A DNA stretch of 64,000 nt, from NCBI GenBank assembly GCA_017558005.1, contig JAFYWN010000014.1, positions 17,902-81,901 of the forward strand, read 5' to 3'. A program made the translations under genes and the position numbers. The notes under the pieces were generated by a model. It was not told the DNA's origin. It did no database searches and saw only the letters and a list, made by a program, of their open reading frames with translations. This document shows, piece after piece, positions 48,255 through 57,936 of the stretch. The first letter of the stretch is position 1, and every line of letters begins with the position of its first letter. This DNA comes from Kiritimatiellia bacterium. GTDB lineage: Bacteria; Verrucomicrobiota; Kiritimatiellia; RFP12; DVOR01.

Positions 48255-49559
48255 ATGAAAGAAGTCGGCGTTGGAATTGTCGGATTCGGTACGGTAGGTG
48301 CCGGTGTCGCAGAGGGACTTTTGAATGGAATGGCTTTGATTTCCCGCCGTTGCGGTGTGAATGTGGCACTGCGCGGAATCGCGGATTTGGATATTACGAC
48401 CGACCGTGGGGTAAAGGTTCCGCAAGAATTACTTTCCACTGATGCATTGGCACTGACTACACGCGATGATATTGACATCGTGGTGGAATTGATTGGTGGC
48501 ACGGGCATCGCCTATACGGTGGTGAAAACCGCCCTTGAAAATGGCAAGTCGGTGGTCACCGCGAATAAGAAACTTTTGGCAGAAAAGGGCGCAGAACTCT
48601 TCGCCTTGGCCCGTGAAAAGGGCGTGGATCTCTACTTTGGCGCAAGCGTGGGTGGCGGTATTCCGATTATTCGCTCGCTGCGTGATGGTTTGGTGGCCAA
48701 TGATATCAAGGCTGCCTACGGCATTCTCAATGGCACTTGCAACTACATCCTCACGCGAATGGCACGTGAAGGCGCAGACTTTGATGCCGTTCTGGCCGAT
48801 GCTCAGCGTTTAGGTTACGCAGAAGCGAATCCCTCTCTGGATATCGACGGCTTTGACACCGCTCACAAGATTTGCATTCTCGCCTCGCTCTCTTACGGCG
48901 TAAGCGTGCCGCTTGATAAGGTTCAGGTGGAAGGCATCCGCGGACTTGACCTCGTGGATGTGAAGTACGCTGATGAATTGGGCTACGTCATCAAGTTGTT
49001 GGCCGTGTGCAAGGCACATGATGGCAAACTTGAAGTGCGCGTCAATCCGACGTTGGTGCCGAAGAAGCACATGCTCGCCTCGGTGAGCGATGTCTTCAAT
49101 GCGGTGCTCGTGGATGGCTCAATGACGGGCGATACGCTCTATTACGGTCGTGGAGCAGGGCGTGCTGCCACTGCCAGTGCAGTGATTTCCGATATCGTTT
49201 CGGTGGCACGTCACGTGGCTTCTGGTGTGCCGCGTGAAGCAGAACCGCTTCCCGTGATTGAAGAAAGCCCGCTCGAACTCTTACCCGCAGAGGCCTGCAC
49301 CAGCCGTTACTACGTGCGCTTGATGGTGAAGGATGCCTGTGGCATGGTGGGACGTTTCGCGACCATCCTCGGCGATCACGGCGTGAGCATCTTCGCCGCC
49401 AGCCAGCATGAGCCGACCGAAGAACAGCGCGCAGCGGGTTATGTGCCCGTGGTCATTCTCACCCAGCCTGCACATGCGGGCGATTTGAATGCCGCGCTCT
49501 CTGAAATTCACGCTGCAGGTATCGTGCAAGCCATGCCGCGTAGCCTCTGCATCTTCTAA
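48255..49559 (+). CDS. hom: homoserine dehydrogenase
   Basis: VGIVGFGTVGAGV, the catalytic region LNGTCNYILTRM and a C-terminal ACT domain are present. Confidence 0.9.
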   Translation: MKEVGVGIVGFGTVGAGVAEGLLNGMALISRRCGVNVALRGIADLDITTDRGVKVPQELLSTDALALTTRDDIDIVVELIGGTGIAYTVVKTALENGKSVVTANKKLLAEKGAELFALAREKGVDLYFGASVGGGIPIIRSLRDGLVANDIKAAYGILNGTCNYILTRMAREGADFDAVLADAQRLGYAEANPSLDIDGFDTAHKICILASLSYGVSVPLDKVQVEGIRGLDLVDVKYADELGYVIKLLAVCKAHDGKLEVRVNPTLVPKKHMLASVSDVFNAVLVDGSMTGDTLYYGRGAGRAATASAVISDIVSVARHVASGVPREAEPLPVIEESPLELLPAEACTSRYYVRLMVKDACGMVGRFATILGDHGVSIFAASQHEPTEEQRAAGYVPVVILTQPAHAGDLNAALSEIHAAGIVQAMPRSLCIF

Positions 49560-49623
49560 GTGATGCGGCGCGCAAACGGCGAAAACAGGTTTAATTAAGT
49601 CCCTGATAAGGAACATAACACAG

Positions 49624-50985
49624 ATGAAAGTTTGTAAATTCGGCGGCTCTTCTGTCGCAGATGATATTCAAATCCAAAAGATTTTTGACATTGTTTCCTC
49701 CGACCCCGACCGTAAGATTGTCGTGGTCTCTGCTCCCGGTAAGCGTAATAAAAATGACACGAAGGTAACGGACCTGCTCATTGAGTGCGCGGGTCGTTGC
49801 ATCACGGATCGCGATCACACGGAGGTGTTGGACGCGATTGTGGAACGTTATGCCGTGATTCAGCGTGGCTTTGATTTGGATGATGATATCATCGCAGAAA
49901 TTCGTGCTGACCTTGAGGCACGTATCGCTAATCGTGATCCCTCGGATGCTGCTCGCTTTATGGACGCCATGAAGGCGGCAGGTGAAGATAACTCCGCACG
50001 CATCGTGGCGGCAGTCTTCCGTAAGAAGGGCGTGGCAGCAGAATATGTGAATCCGAAGACCGCAGGCTTGTTGATGTCGGATGACTTTGGTAACGCCCAG
50101 GTGTTGCCCGAATCGTATGACCTCTTGGCTCAGGCCATGCGGAATCGCAACTACATCCAGATTTTCCCTGGCTTCTTCGGTTACACCCGTTCGGGCGATG
50201 TGGCCACCTTCCCGCGTGGCGGTTCGGATATTACTGGTTCGATCCTCGCTGCGGCAGTGAAGGCTTCGGTGTACGAAAACTTCACGGACGTCGATGCCGT
50301 CTATCCTGTGGATCCGCGCTTGGTGCCGGAAGTCTCTGTGGGCATTCCTGAGATGACCTACCGTGAAATGCGCGAACTCTCCTACGCTGGCTTTGGAGTC
50401 TTCCAGGATGAGGCCATTATTCCCGCCGTTCGCGCCGCCATTCCGATTAATATTCGCAATACCAACCGCCCCGAAGCACCGGGCACCATGGTGGTTCACC
50501 ACCGTCGCGCACGTCAGGGTTCGGTCGTGGGTATCGCTTCTTCCACTGGCTTCTGCACGCTTTACATCGATAAGTACATGATGAATCGTGAAGTCGGCTT
50601 CGGTCGTAAGTTGCTTCAAATCCTCGAAGAGGAGGGCATCTCTTACGAACACATGCCTTCTGGTATCGACAATGTGTCGGTCGTCTTCCGTGAAGAGGGC
50701 TTCACTCCTGAAGTGGAAGGGCGCGTCCGCGATCACATCATGCGCGACCTCCAACCCGACAATCTGCAGATCGAACGCGGTACGGCGTTGATCATGATCG
50801 TGGGTGAAGGCCTTTACTACACGCCGGGCATGGCCGCTCATGCGACGCTCGCGCTCTTCCGTGAAGGAATTTCCATTGATATGATGAACCAGGGCTCCTC
50901 CGAAATCTCCATGATGTTCGGCGTTCAGACCTCGCAACGTGAGAAGGCCGTGAGAGCACTCTATCACGCCTTCTTCAAGGGTTAA
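49624..50985 (+). CDS. lysC: aspartate kinase
   Basis: It has the amino-acid kinase N-terminus MKVCKFGGSSVAD and C-terminal ACT-like repeats, and lies adjacent to hom. Confidence 0.9.
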   Translation: MKVCKFGGSSVADDIQIQKIFDIVSSDPDRKIVVVSAPGKRNKNDTKVTDLLIECAGRCITDRDHTEVLDAIVERYAVIQRGFDLDDDIIAEIRADLEARIANRDPSDAARFMDAMKAAGEDNSARIVAAVFRKKGVAAEYVNPKTAGLLMSDDFGNAQVLPESYDLLAQAMRNRNYIQIFPGFFGYTRSGDVATFPRGGSDITGSILAAAVKASVYENFTDVDAVYPVDPRLVPEVSVGIPEMTYREMRELSYAGFGVFQDEAIIPAVRAAIPINIRNTNRPEAPGTMVVHHRRARQGSVVGIASSTGFCTLYIDKYMMNREVGFGRKLLQILEEEGISYEHMPSGIDNVSVVFREEGFTPEVEGRVRDHIMRDLQPDNLQIERGTALIMIVGEGLYYTPGMAAHATLALFREGISIDMMNQGSSEISMMFGVQTSQREKAVRALYHAFFKG

Positions 50986-51011
50986 TCAAACGCGCAATTG
51001 CGCGTTGAACA

Positions 51012-51045
51012 GAGGGCGTCTCTGCAAGAGGGACGTCCTTCTTTT
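51012..51045 (+). terminator. rho-independent terminator after aspartate kinase
   Basis: Hairpin AGGGCGTC-...-GACGTCCT (one G-U pair) followed by TCTTTTT. It is preceded by the palindrome AACGCGCAATTGCGCGTT. Confidence 0.55.
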
Positions 51046-51117
51046 TGAGTCAATTGAGAATGGCCATACTTTGGCCGATTTTCGCCGAGGGTCCAACGGC
51101 ACTTAAGGGGGGCAAAC

Positions 51118-51897
51118 ATGCGGATTCTTTTGGTAGGTGATATTGTGGGTTCGCCAGGGCGGGCTTGTTTTAAGCGCGTGGCGCGTCAATTATTGGAGAG
51201 CGGCGAGGTCCATGCGATTATTGCCAATGCTGAAAATGCGGCGGCAGGCAGCGGAATTACCCTTCCTGTGGCGAAGGAACTCTTTGATGCGGGTGCGACC
51301 TTGATGACCTTGGGCGATCACACGTGGGGCCAGAGGGGGTTTGATGCGCAGATTGGCTGCGACAAACGCATTGTGCGTCCTGCGAATTTCCCTGAGTCGG
51401 TCCCAGGCGCGACCACTGCGATTGCCGAGACTGCATTGGGGCCGATTGCCGTGGTGTCTGTCTTGGGCCAAGTCTTTATGACGCAGTGTGACAATCCCTT
51501 CCGTGCGGTGGATCGCGTGTTGGCGACAATCCCTGCGACGATTCCCGTCTTCGTGGATGTGCACGCTGAGGCGACGAGTGAGAAGATTGCGATGGGCTAT
51601 TGGTTGGATGGCCGCGTGGCGTGCGTCTTTGGCACGCACACCCATGTGCAGACGAGTGATGCGACCTTGTTGGCGAAGGGTACGGCATACATCACCGATG
51701 TGGGCATGACAGGTCCGTTGCATTCGGTTATCGGACGCCAAATTGAGCCGGTGTTAAAGAAGTTTACCACGGGTATCCCTGCGCGCTTTGAGGTGGCTTC
51801 TGGCGCGACGAAGTTAGAGGGCGCCATTGTTGACTTACCGCGTGGCGCACGTTTCCCCACTGCAATCACCGCCGTTCGCTATACCTTCGATGACTGA
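51118..51897 (+). CDS. ymdB: YmdB-like metallophosphoesterase (TIGR00282 family)
   Basis: MRILLVGDIVGSPGR, NAENAAAG, GDHTW and GTHTHVQT motifs are present. Confidence 0.85.
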   Translation: MRILLVGDIVGSPGRACFKRVARQLLESGEVHAIIANAENAAAGSGITLPVAKELFDAGATLMTLGDHTWGQRGFDAQIGCDKRIVRPANFPESVPGATTAIAETALGPIAVVSVLGQVFMTQCDNPFRAVDRVLATIPATIPVFVDVHAEATSEKIAMGYWLDGRVACVFGTHTHVQTSDATLLAKGTAYITDVGMTGPLHSVIGRQIEPVLKKFTTGIPARFEVASGATKLEGAIVDLPRGARFPTAITAVRYTFDD

Positions 51898-54337
51898 TTC
51901 CCTGCCGATGTGGGCGCTTGAAGTGATGATGGCCTGCGCCAGAAGCGCGGGCCATAAGGCGTTCATGTCGGAGATTGAGGCGGCGATGAATGACCGTCTC
52001 TTTGAGGCGGTCGGCGATGAAGCATGGTATGGCCACTTCCCGCCGTACTTTCGCGTCCACTCTAGAGAGTTGACGTTGCCCGAAACATGGGAGCCGCTCT
52101 CTGAGGCGGAGATTTTCGCTATCTTTGAGGCAGGTGGAAGTGGCCTTGCGCGCATCTTTTCTTCCTACGAACCGCGTGCAGGGCAGGTGGCGATGGCCTT
52201 GGAGGTGGCGCGTGCTCTCAATGGACGCACACATCTCTTGGCTGAGGCCGGAACGGGCGTGGGTAAGAGTTTGGCTTACTTAATCCCCTGCGCCTTGTGG
52301 GCGATTCGCAATAACCTGCCGATTGTCATCTCCACCAATACGCGCAATTTGCAGTCGCAACTCCTCTCAAAAGACCTTCCCCTCGTAGCCAGATGCCTTG
52401 CGGGCACCTCGGCGCAAGGCCGCGCACTCAATGCGGTGGTGTTGAAGGGTCGTGGCAATTACCTCTGCTTAAAACATTTTGGTGCCTTTGTGGAGGGCGG
52501 CTTCGAACGCCTTTCCGAACAGGAGGCACTGCTCTTCGCTGATTTTGTGGCATGGGCCGCCAAGACGACCGATGGCGATATGGATGCTTTTCGCCCCAAA
52601 CACACGCGCGGGGATATGACCTTCATTCGTACCTTTGGGTGCCACTCAAGTTCTTGCACAGGAAAAACGTGCCGTTTTTACAAACGTTGTTTCTTGCAAC
52701 AGGCCCGTCAGGCGGCACTTTCTGCGGATTTGATTATCGCTAATCATGCCCTGGTCTTTGCGGAATTAGCCAATCCTGGCAAATTGTTGCCCCCGCATGC
52801 GCAGATTGTCTTTGATGAAGCGCACAACTTGGAGAATGCGGCGACCTCTGCGCTATCGGGTGAAATCTCGCCTATTACGCTTTACGAACTCTGCCAGAAG
52901 TTGGCTCCTAGTAAGGGGCGCGAGGCGAGCAGTCTCTTTCAGCAAATCAAAACAGATTTTATTGATAAGGCGATTAAGGATACCGCCGAGATTGCACGCG
53001 TGACGGATATGTTGGCCACGTTGCGCAAACATGGCTTGACGCTTTCGTTGGGAGGGAAGAGTCTCTTCACCACCCTCTCGCAATTCTTTACGCAAACGCC
53101 AGAGAGCACCATTCGTTATCGTTCGGTCCCGGATGATACCTTGCCGAAAACCGCCGCTGGCCAACCCCAATTGCGCCGCGAGGTCGCCCTCGGTAATAGC
53201 GCCTTTCGCAGCGCAGAAACCTTCGTGCCTGAGGCGGAAATCGCAGAGGGTGCAGAACGCGTCATGCGCACGTTGGGTGATGCAGGGGTGATGTTAGAAC
53301 GTTTCCAGGGTGAAATTGTGCGCTATGCGCCTGCCGAAGGTGAAGAGAATCCATACGAAGATGTCCTCGCCGCAATTAAGACTACGCGTGACCTCTTGGA
53401 TGCCTTTGGAAATGAGTTGGATGGGCTCTTGCGTGGAGATGATCCTGGTCGTGTCTATTGGATGACGCGCCTCGCGCCTGAGGAGCACGGCGTCATTTTG
53501 ACCGCCGCCCCCTTGGATGTCTCAATCCAACTCAATCGTCTGCTTTACGACCACAAAGAATCGGTCATTTTCTCCTCTGCCACCTTGCAAATTCGCAATG
53601 ATTTTGGCCACGTGCGCCATCGTCTGGGCTTAAACTTAATCCAACAGCCCGACCGCATCCGTGAATTTGTTGCCGAGAGTCCCTTTGATTACCCGAAGCA
53701 GTGTTGCATGGCCGTGCCAGACTACCTGCCGGATATCACTAAAAAAGAAGAGTATATCCTTGAGCTCTCGCGGTTGATGTTCCAATTATTCCTCACGGCT
53801 AATGGGCGCTCACTTGCGCTCTTCACCTCTTATGAGATGCTAAAAGCCTGCGCAGAGACCTTGGAGCCGCACCTGAAGGCGCGCGGAATTGATCTCTTAG
53901 CGCAGTCTGCTACGCTCAGCCGTGATGCGATGACCGAAGCCTTCCGCGAACAAAAACGCCCCACCGTCCTGCTCGGTACACAGAGTTTTTGGGAGGGCGT
54001 GGATGTGATTGGCGATGCGTTGAGTTGCGTCATCATTGCACGTCTACCCTTTGAAACGGTGGGCGACCCGCTCTTTAAGGCACGATGCGAACAAATTGAA
54101 AGGGCAGGGCACTCCTCCTTTGCCGAACTTTCCGTGCCGCAAGCCGTCATTAAATTTAGACAGGGATTTGGTCGTCTCATCCGCAGCCGTTCAGATAAAG
54201 GCATGGTTGTGGTGGCCGATACGCGCATTTTGCGAAAGAACTACGGCACCATCTTCGCCAATTCCCTCCCTGTAAAAGTAGAATCCTACGCCAACCGCCC
54301 CTCCTTGGTCGCTCGCCTAAAATCCATTTTGAAATGA
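51890..54337 (+). CDS. dinG: DinG/XPD-like ATP-dependent DNA helicase with Fe-S cluster cysteines
   Basis: Walker A AGTGVGKSLAYLIP, the DEAH box FDEAHNL, a Cys cluster CLKH...CHSSSCTGKTCRFYKRC, and C-terminal helicase motifs FWEGVD and GRLIRS are present. The start is taken as ATG 51890, overlapping the ymdB stop by 8 nt. Confidence 0.85.
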   Translation: MTDSLPMWALEVMMACARSAGHKAFMSEIEAAMNDRLFEAVGDEAWYGHFPPYFRVHSRELTLPETWEPLSEAEIFAIFEAGGSGLARIFSSYEPRAGQVAMALEVARALNGRTHLLAEAGTGVGKSLAYLIPCALWAIRNNLPIVISTNTRNLQSQLLSKDLPLVARCLAGTSAQGRALNAVVLKGRGNYLCLKHFGAFVEGGFERLSEQEALLFADFVAWAAKTTDGDMDAFRPKHTRGDMTFIRTFGCHSSSCTGKTCRFYKRCFLQQARQAALSADLIIANHALVFAELANPGKLLPPHAQIVFDEAHNLENAATSALSGEISPITLYELCQKLAPSKGREASSLFQQIKTDFIDKAIKDTAEIARVTDMLATLRKHGLTLSLGGKSLFTTLSQFFTQTPESTIRYRSVPDDTLPKTAAGQPQLRREVALGNSAFRSAETFVPEAEIAEGAERVMRTLGDAGVMLERFQGEIVRYAPAEGEENPYEDVLAAIKTTRDLLDAFGNELDGLLRGDDPGRVYWMTRLAPEEHGVILTAAPLDVSIQLNRLLYDHKESVIFSSATLQIRNDFGHVRHRLGLNLIQQPDRIREFVAESPFDYPKQCCMAVPDYLPDITKKEEYILELSRLMFQLFLTANGRSLALFTSYEMLKACAETLEPHLKARGIDLLAQSATLSRDAMTEAFREQKRPTVLLGTQSFWEGVDVIGDALSCVIIARLPFETVGDPLFKARCEQIERAGHSSFAELSVPQAVIKFRQGFGRLIRSRSDKGMVVVADTRILRKNYGTIFANSLPVKVESYANRPSLVARLKSILK

Positions 54338-54427
54338 CCCACGGCCGCAGTGGGCCGTGGCCACGATAAATACCGTCTTCTAATCGGCCGCTGTACGCCT
54401 CGTTTCCAGAGTTCTTTCTTTTTCTCC

Positions 54428-54530
54428 TCGTGAGCACCAGTAAAAGCATCCGTCAGGATGCGTAGGGTGCAGGACTCAGTCCTGCCGCAGGGGTGTGGGG
54501 GCGGCGTCGCCCCCACATCATCCTCCCGCC
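54428..54530. repeat. REP-C unit, inverted orientation
   Basis: GTGAGCACCAGTAAAAGCATCCGTCAGGATGCGTAGGGTGCAGGACTCAGTCCTGCCGCAGGGGTGTGGGGGCGGCGTCGCCCCCAC is the reverse complement of the 43041-43277 unit. Confidence 0.75.
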
Positions 54531-54600
54531 TTCCCTCGGCGCTTCTCTGCCACAGGTCTTTTGGCGTTCAGCCCACGCTCCGATTCAACGCTATTGAAAT

Positions 54601-54730
54601 GCTCAGAGAATTTCACTGAAATTCAAAAGTATTTCACTGAAACACTAAATGAATTTGACTGAAATACTCAGAGAATTTCACTGAAATTTAAAAGTATTTG
54701 ACTGAAATTCTAAAAGTATTTGAGTGAAAT
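54601..54730. repeat. array of six phased palindromes TTT(C/G)A(C/G)TGAAA (two about 65 bp higher-order repeats)
   Basis: Palindrome starts are at 54611, 54632, 54654, 54676, 54697 and 54719, with spacings of 21, 22, 22, 21 and 22 bp. The array lies about 140 bp upstream of the CDF transporter start. Confidence 0.85.
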
Positions 54731-54867
54731 ACTGGACTTGTTTTGATAGGGTGTGGTTTTTTGTGTGGTTTGATTTTGGAGAAAAGTGGCCTTGTGTGAA
54801 CGTCAACATTTCCACATTTCTACATTTAATAAAAACGGTTTCTATGCTATACTTTTCGTAACCGCAG

Positions 54868-55800
54868 ATGAATCATTCTCACTACAGTATAGAAGCACGA
54901 ACGGCACGGGCAAATCGCGTGACGTGGTTGTCGATTATTGTCAATACATTGCTCATGATGGTGAAGTTGGTGGCGGGTATTTGGGGGCGGTCGTCGGCTT
55001 TGGTGGCGGATGCGCTCCATTCTGCTTCGGATTTTGCCACTGATTTTGCGGTCTTGATTGGCATGCGCTTGGCGCAACGTCCTCAGGATGGCGATCATCC
55101 TTATGGTCATGGCAAATATGAAACGTTAGCCGCCGTGATTGTGGGCGTAGCCTTGGCGGCGGTGGGCATGGCGATTTCATTCCACGCGGGGCATACGCTC
55201 TTGGATGCGTGGTGGTGGGGGAAGTGGCCGCAACAGCCGACCTATTTTGCGTTGGGCGCGGCGGTGGTCTCCATTGTAGTGAAAGAGGCGCTTTACCAGT
55301 TAACGGTGAAGGTGGCGCGTGAGACGCGGAATGACGCCTTACTTGCGAATGCGTGGCATCATCGTAGTGATGCGTTGTCTTCGATTGGTACGGCGCTTGG
55401 CGCGGGTGTGGCGGCAATGTTTGGTGGCGCGTGGGTGCTTTTGGATGCAGTGGCGGCGGCTCTGGTGGGGGTGATTCTCCTCAAAGTGGCATGGGAGATT
55501 GTGCGTGATTCGCTGGATAAGCTGATGGAACAAGGCATGACGGTCGAAGAGACGCAGCAAATCTACGAATTTGTACGCGCCATTGATGGAATTTCAGAAC
55601 CGCACCACTTGCGGTCGCGCCGCGTGGGGACGGTGGCAGTGATTGAACTGCACTTCCGCGTGGACCCCGAGATGACGGTGCGCGAAAGCCATGGATTAGC
55701 CTCGCAGGTGGAGCACTGCTTGCGGAGAGCCTTTGGCGCGGATGCAATTGTGACCGTGCACGTAGAGCCCCTAAAGCAGACTCAAGTGGCGCTGGGATGA
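54868..55800 (+). CDS. cation diffusion facilitator (CDF) family metal efflux transporter
   Basis: TM1-2 has the pattern LVADALHSASD with a second HHRSDALSS motif. A C-terminal cytoplasmic domain is present. Confidence 0.9.
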   Translation: MNHSHYSIEARTARANRVTWLSIIVNTLLMMVKLVAGIWGRSSALVADALHSASDFATDFAVLIGMRLAQRPQDGDHPYGHGKYETLAAVIVGVALAAVGMAISFHAGHTLLDAWWWGKWPQQPTYFALGAAVVSIVVKEALYQLTVKVARETRNDALLANAWHHRSDALSSIGTALGAGVAAMFGGAWVLLDAVAAALVGVILLKVAWEIVRDSLDKLMEQGMTVEETQQIYEFVRAIDGISEPHHLRSRRVGTVAVIELHFRVDPEMTVRESHGLASQVEHCLRRAFGADAIVTVHVEPLKQTQVALG

Positions 55801-55837
55801 TTGAAAAGGATGTTTTAATCGGATAAGGATGGATGGT

Positions 55838-57376
55838 ATGAAGAGAGTAATTGGAGCGATACTTTTGCTAATGGTGTGTTGCGCGCCGGTAGCGCACGCA
55901 GGTCTCTTTGGTGAGAGTGAAGAGGAAAAAGCAGCACGCATTGCCAAGCATGTGGCAGATGTCTTGCGCGAACCGAATAAGGTAATTGCGAAGGCGCAAG
56001 AGGCGGTGGAGTTGGGGGATACAGAGGAGGGCATTCGCCTCTTCCGTAAAGCGCAGACGATGCTTGAGGAGATTGAAGCAACAGAAGATACGCGTGGAAG
56101 CGCGTTTGCTACCCTGCGTTTGAAGAAGTTTCACTGCGTATCGATGTTGGACGCATTGGTCCTAAAACAGTCTGAAGTGATGGATGTGCGTCAGGCGGTG
56201 ACAGACACCTCCGAACTCGCCGCGCGCTTGGCGCAGGAGCGTGCCGAATTGATTGCGGAGGCCGAACGCCAAGAGAATCCAAACGCCCTTCCGAAGCCGC
56301 CTACGCTGGCGGATCAATTGGCAATTGAAGAGGGGAAGGCTGCCCTTGCGCAGGCCGCGGTGGAGCGTTGCCGCATTGCGGTGGGCGCAGCGAAGGCTGA
56401 GTTGGAAACGGCGACGGCCGCTTTTACAGAGGCCGTCAAGGTGCACACCGCCGCAGATACGCAGTGCTTTATGGCGGACCAACACTTCCAGCAGGCTACG
56501 CGCGAACAGAAGAGCGCCGCAATTTTGGATGCCTTGCGCGCAACCTTGGAGGCGGCCAAGCGTGACTTGACGGAGAAGAAGGAGGCGCTCGCCGTAGCAA
56601 AGGAGAAGCAGGCGAGTGCAAAGGCGGCTGTAGAGGCGGAGGAGGTGCAGCTGAAGGAGGCCGAGGCGGCCTTCGCAAAGGCTAAAGAGCCCGTAAGGGT
56701 GTTGCGTAAAGCGATTGAAGATGAGGCTGAGGCGGCTCGGAAAAAGGCGGCCGCGGAGAAGGCAAAGGCTGAAGCGGAGGCGAAACGCTTAGAGGCCGAA
56801 AACCTGAAGCGGAAGCAGGCCGAAGCGGAAGCCGCCGCAAAGGCGCGCGAAAAGGCGGCCGCAGAGGCCGCAGCGCGTGATGCTGCGTTGAAGCAAAAGG
56901 CAGCAGAAGAGGCGGCCGCACTGAAGAAGGAACTGGAAATCTGCGAAGAGTTGTGGCGGATGAAACATGTGGAGGCCTTTGAGACCCATGTGACGGAAGC
57001 CTTGGCAAAGTGGCCAGACTCTGCTGAATTGATGGTGCAGTTGGCGCGGTTGCGGTTGATTCAGGGCCAGGAAGAGGATGTGCTCGAATTGATTTCAATG
57101 ACGTCCAGTAAGGGAAAGACGGGGAAGCAGGCCGCCTTCGCTGCGGCGGGCGCTTACTTGGTGAAGGGATTGCCCTTCGAAGCGATGAAGATCTTGGAAC
57201 CCGTCATGGAGTCTTCGCCGAATGATCCGGATGTGTATTTCAATATGGCTGTGGTTTTAGTGCGGTTGCCGGAGGTGGACCCCGATCGCGAAATCGCCGC
57301 AAAGTACTACATTCGGAGCATTGAACTCGGCGGATGCCGTTCGTTGGTCTTAGAACGTCGCCTTGGAATGGAGTAA
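55838..57376 (+). CDS. secreted/lipoprotein-like TPR protein with long Ala/Glu/Lys-rich coiled coil
   Basis: The signal-like N-terminus is MKRVIGAILLLMVCCAPVAHA. A central AEAK-rich heptad-like region of about 250 aa is followed by TPR-like helices. An alternative in-frame ATG lies at 55829. Confidence 0.65.
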   Translation: MKRVIGAILLLMVCCAPVAHAGLFGESEEEKAARIAKHVADVLREPNKVIAKAQEAVELGDTEEGIRLFRKAQTMLEEIEATEDTRGSAFATLRLKKFHCVSMLDALVLKQSEVMDVRQAVTDTSELAARLAQERAELIAEAERQENPNALPKPPTLADQLAIEEGKAALAQAAVERCRIAVGAAKAELETATAAFTEAVKVHTAADTQCFMADQHFQQATREQKSAAILDALRATLEAAKRDLTEKKEALAVAKEKQASAKAAVEAEEVQLKEAEAAFAKAKEPVRVLRKAIEDEAEAARKKAAAEKAKAEAEAKRLEAENLKRKQAEAEAAAKAREKAAAEAAARDAALKQKAAEEAAALKKELEICEELWRMKHVEAFETHVTEALAKWPDSAELMVQLARLRLIQGQEEDVLELISMTSSKGKTGKQAAFAAAGAYLVKGLPFEAMKILEPVMESSPNDPDVYFNMAVVLVRLPEVDPDREIAAKYYIRSIELGGCRSLVLERRLGME

Positions 57377-57380
57377 GCAG

Positions 57381-57935
57381 ATGCAGGATCCGATGACAGA
57401 AAAGACGCTCGCCTCGCGCCGCATTTTTGAGGGGCGCGCATTGACGATTGATATTTTGGATATTGAATTGCCTACGGGGCGCACCTCGACGCGCGAGGTC
57501 TTGCGTCATCGCGGTGCGGTGTGTATTCTTGCGCAACGTCCCGACGGCAAGTTCGTTTTAGTGCGTCAGTATCGCAAAGCCGTAGAACGCACGCTGTTGG
57601 AGTGCGTGGCCGGATGTATGGAAGCGGGCGAGGCGCCCGAAAGTGCCGCCCTTCGCGAGACGCGCGAGGAGACGGGTTATGCGGTGGATCAATTGGTGGC
57701 GATTGGCCACTCGCTTCCTGCGCCAGGCTATTGCGATGAGGTGCACTACCACTTTTATGCCCGCCTAAAGCCGCTCGCGGGCGAATTGCAGTTGGATACC
57801 GACGAAAATCTCTATCCGGTCTTCCTTTCTGCGGAGGAACTCGACACCGCGATTGAGGAGGGCTCCATTGATGATGGGAAGACAATCATCCTCTGGGATT
57901 GCTATAAGCGCGCTGTGAAGCGTGGGGAGATTTAA
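57381..57935 (+). CDS. NUDIX hydrolase (ADP-ribose pyrophosphatase-like)
   Basis: The Nudix box is GCMEAGEAPESAALRETREETGY. The start ATG 57381 is preceded by GGAG; the listed ORF begins at an in-frame TTG at 57363. Confidence 0.85.
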   Translation: MQDPMTEKTLASRRIFEGRALTIDILDIELPTGRTSTREVLRHRGAVCILAQRPDGKFVLVRQYRKAVERTLLECVAGCMEAGEAPESAALRETREETGYAVDQLVAIGHSLPAPGYCDEVHYHFYARLKPLAGELQLDTDENLYPVFLSAEELDTAIEEGSIDDGKTIILWDCYKRAVKRGEI

Positions 57936-57936
57936 G

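Noticed and set aside
54611-54729. The palindromes as bona fide parS sites.
   Set aside because: The closest copy, TATTTCACTGAAACA, is 15 nt, with a single central base instead of the 16-nt TGTTTCAC/GTGAAACA. No parA or parB is nearby. It is kept only as a resemblance in the finding.
54730-54867. NiCo (czcD-motif) riboswitch upstream of the CDF transporter.
   Set aside because: I could not fold a convincing four-way junction or find the conserved core in this leader. The likely promoter (TATACT at about 54849) would leave almost no 5' UTR. A covariance-model scan (Rfam RF02683) would be needed to be sure.
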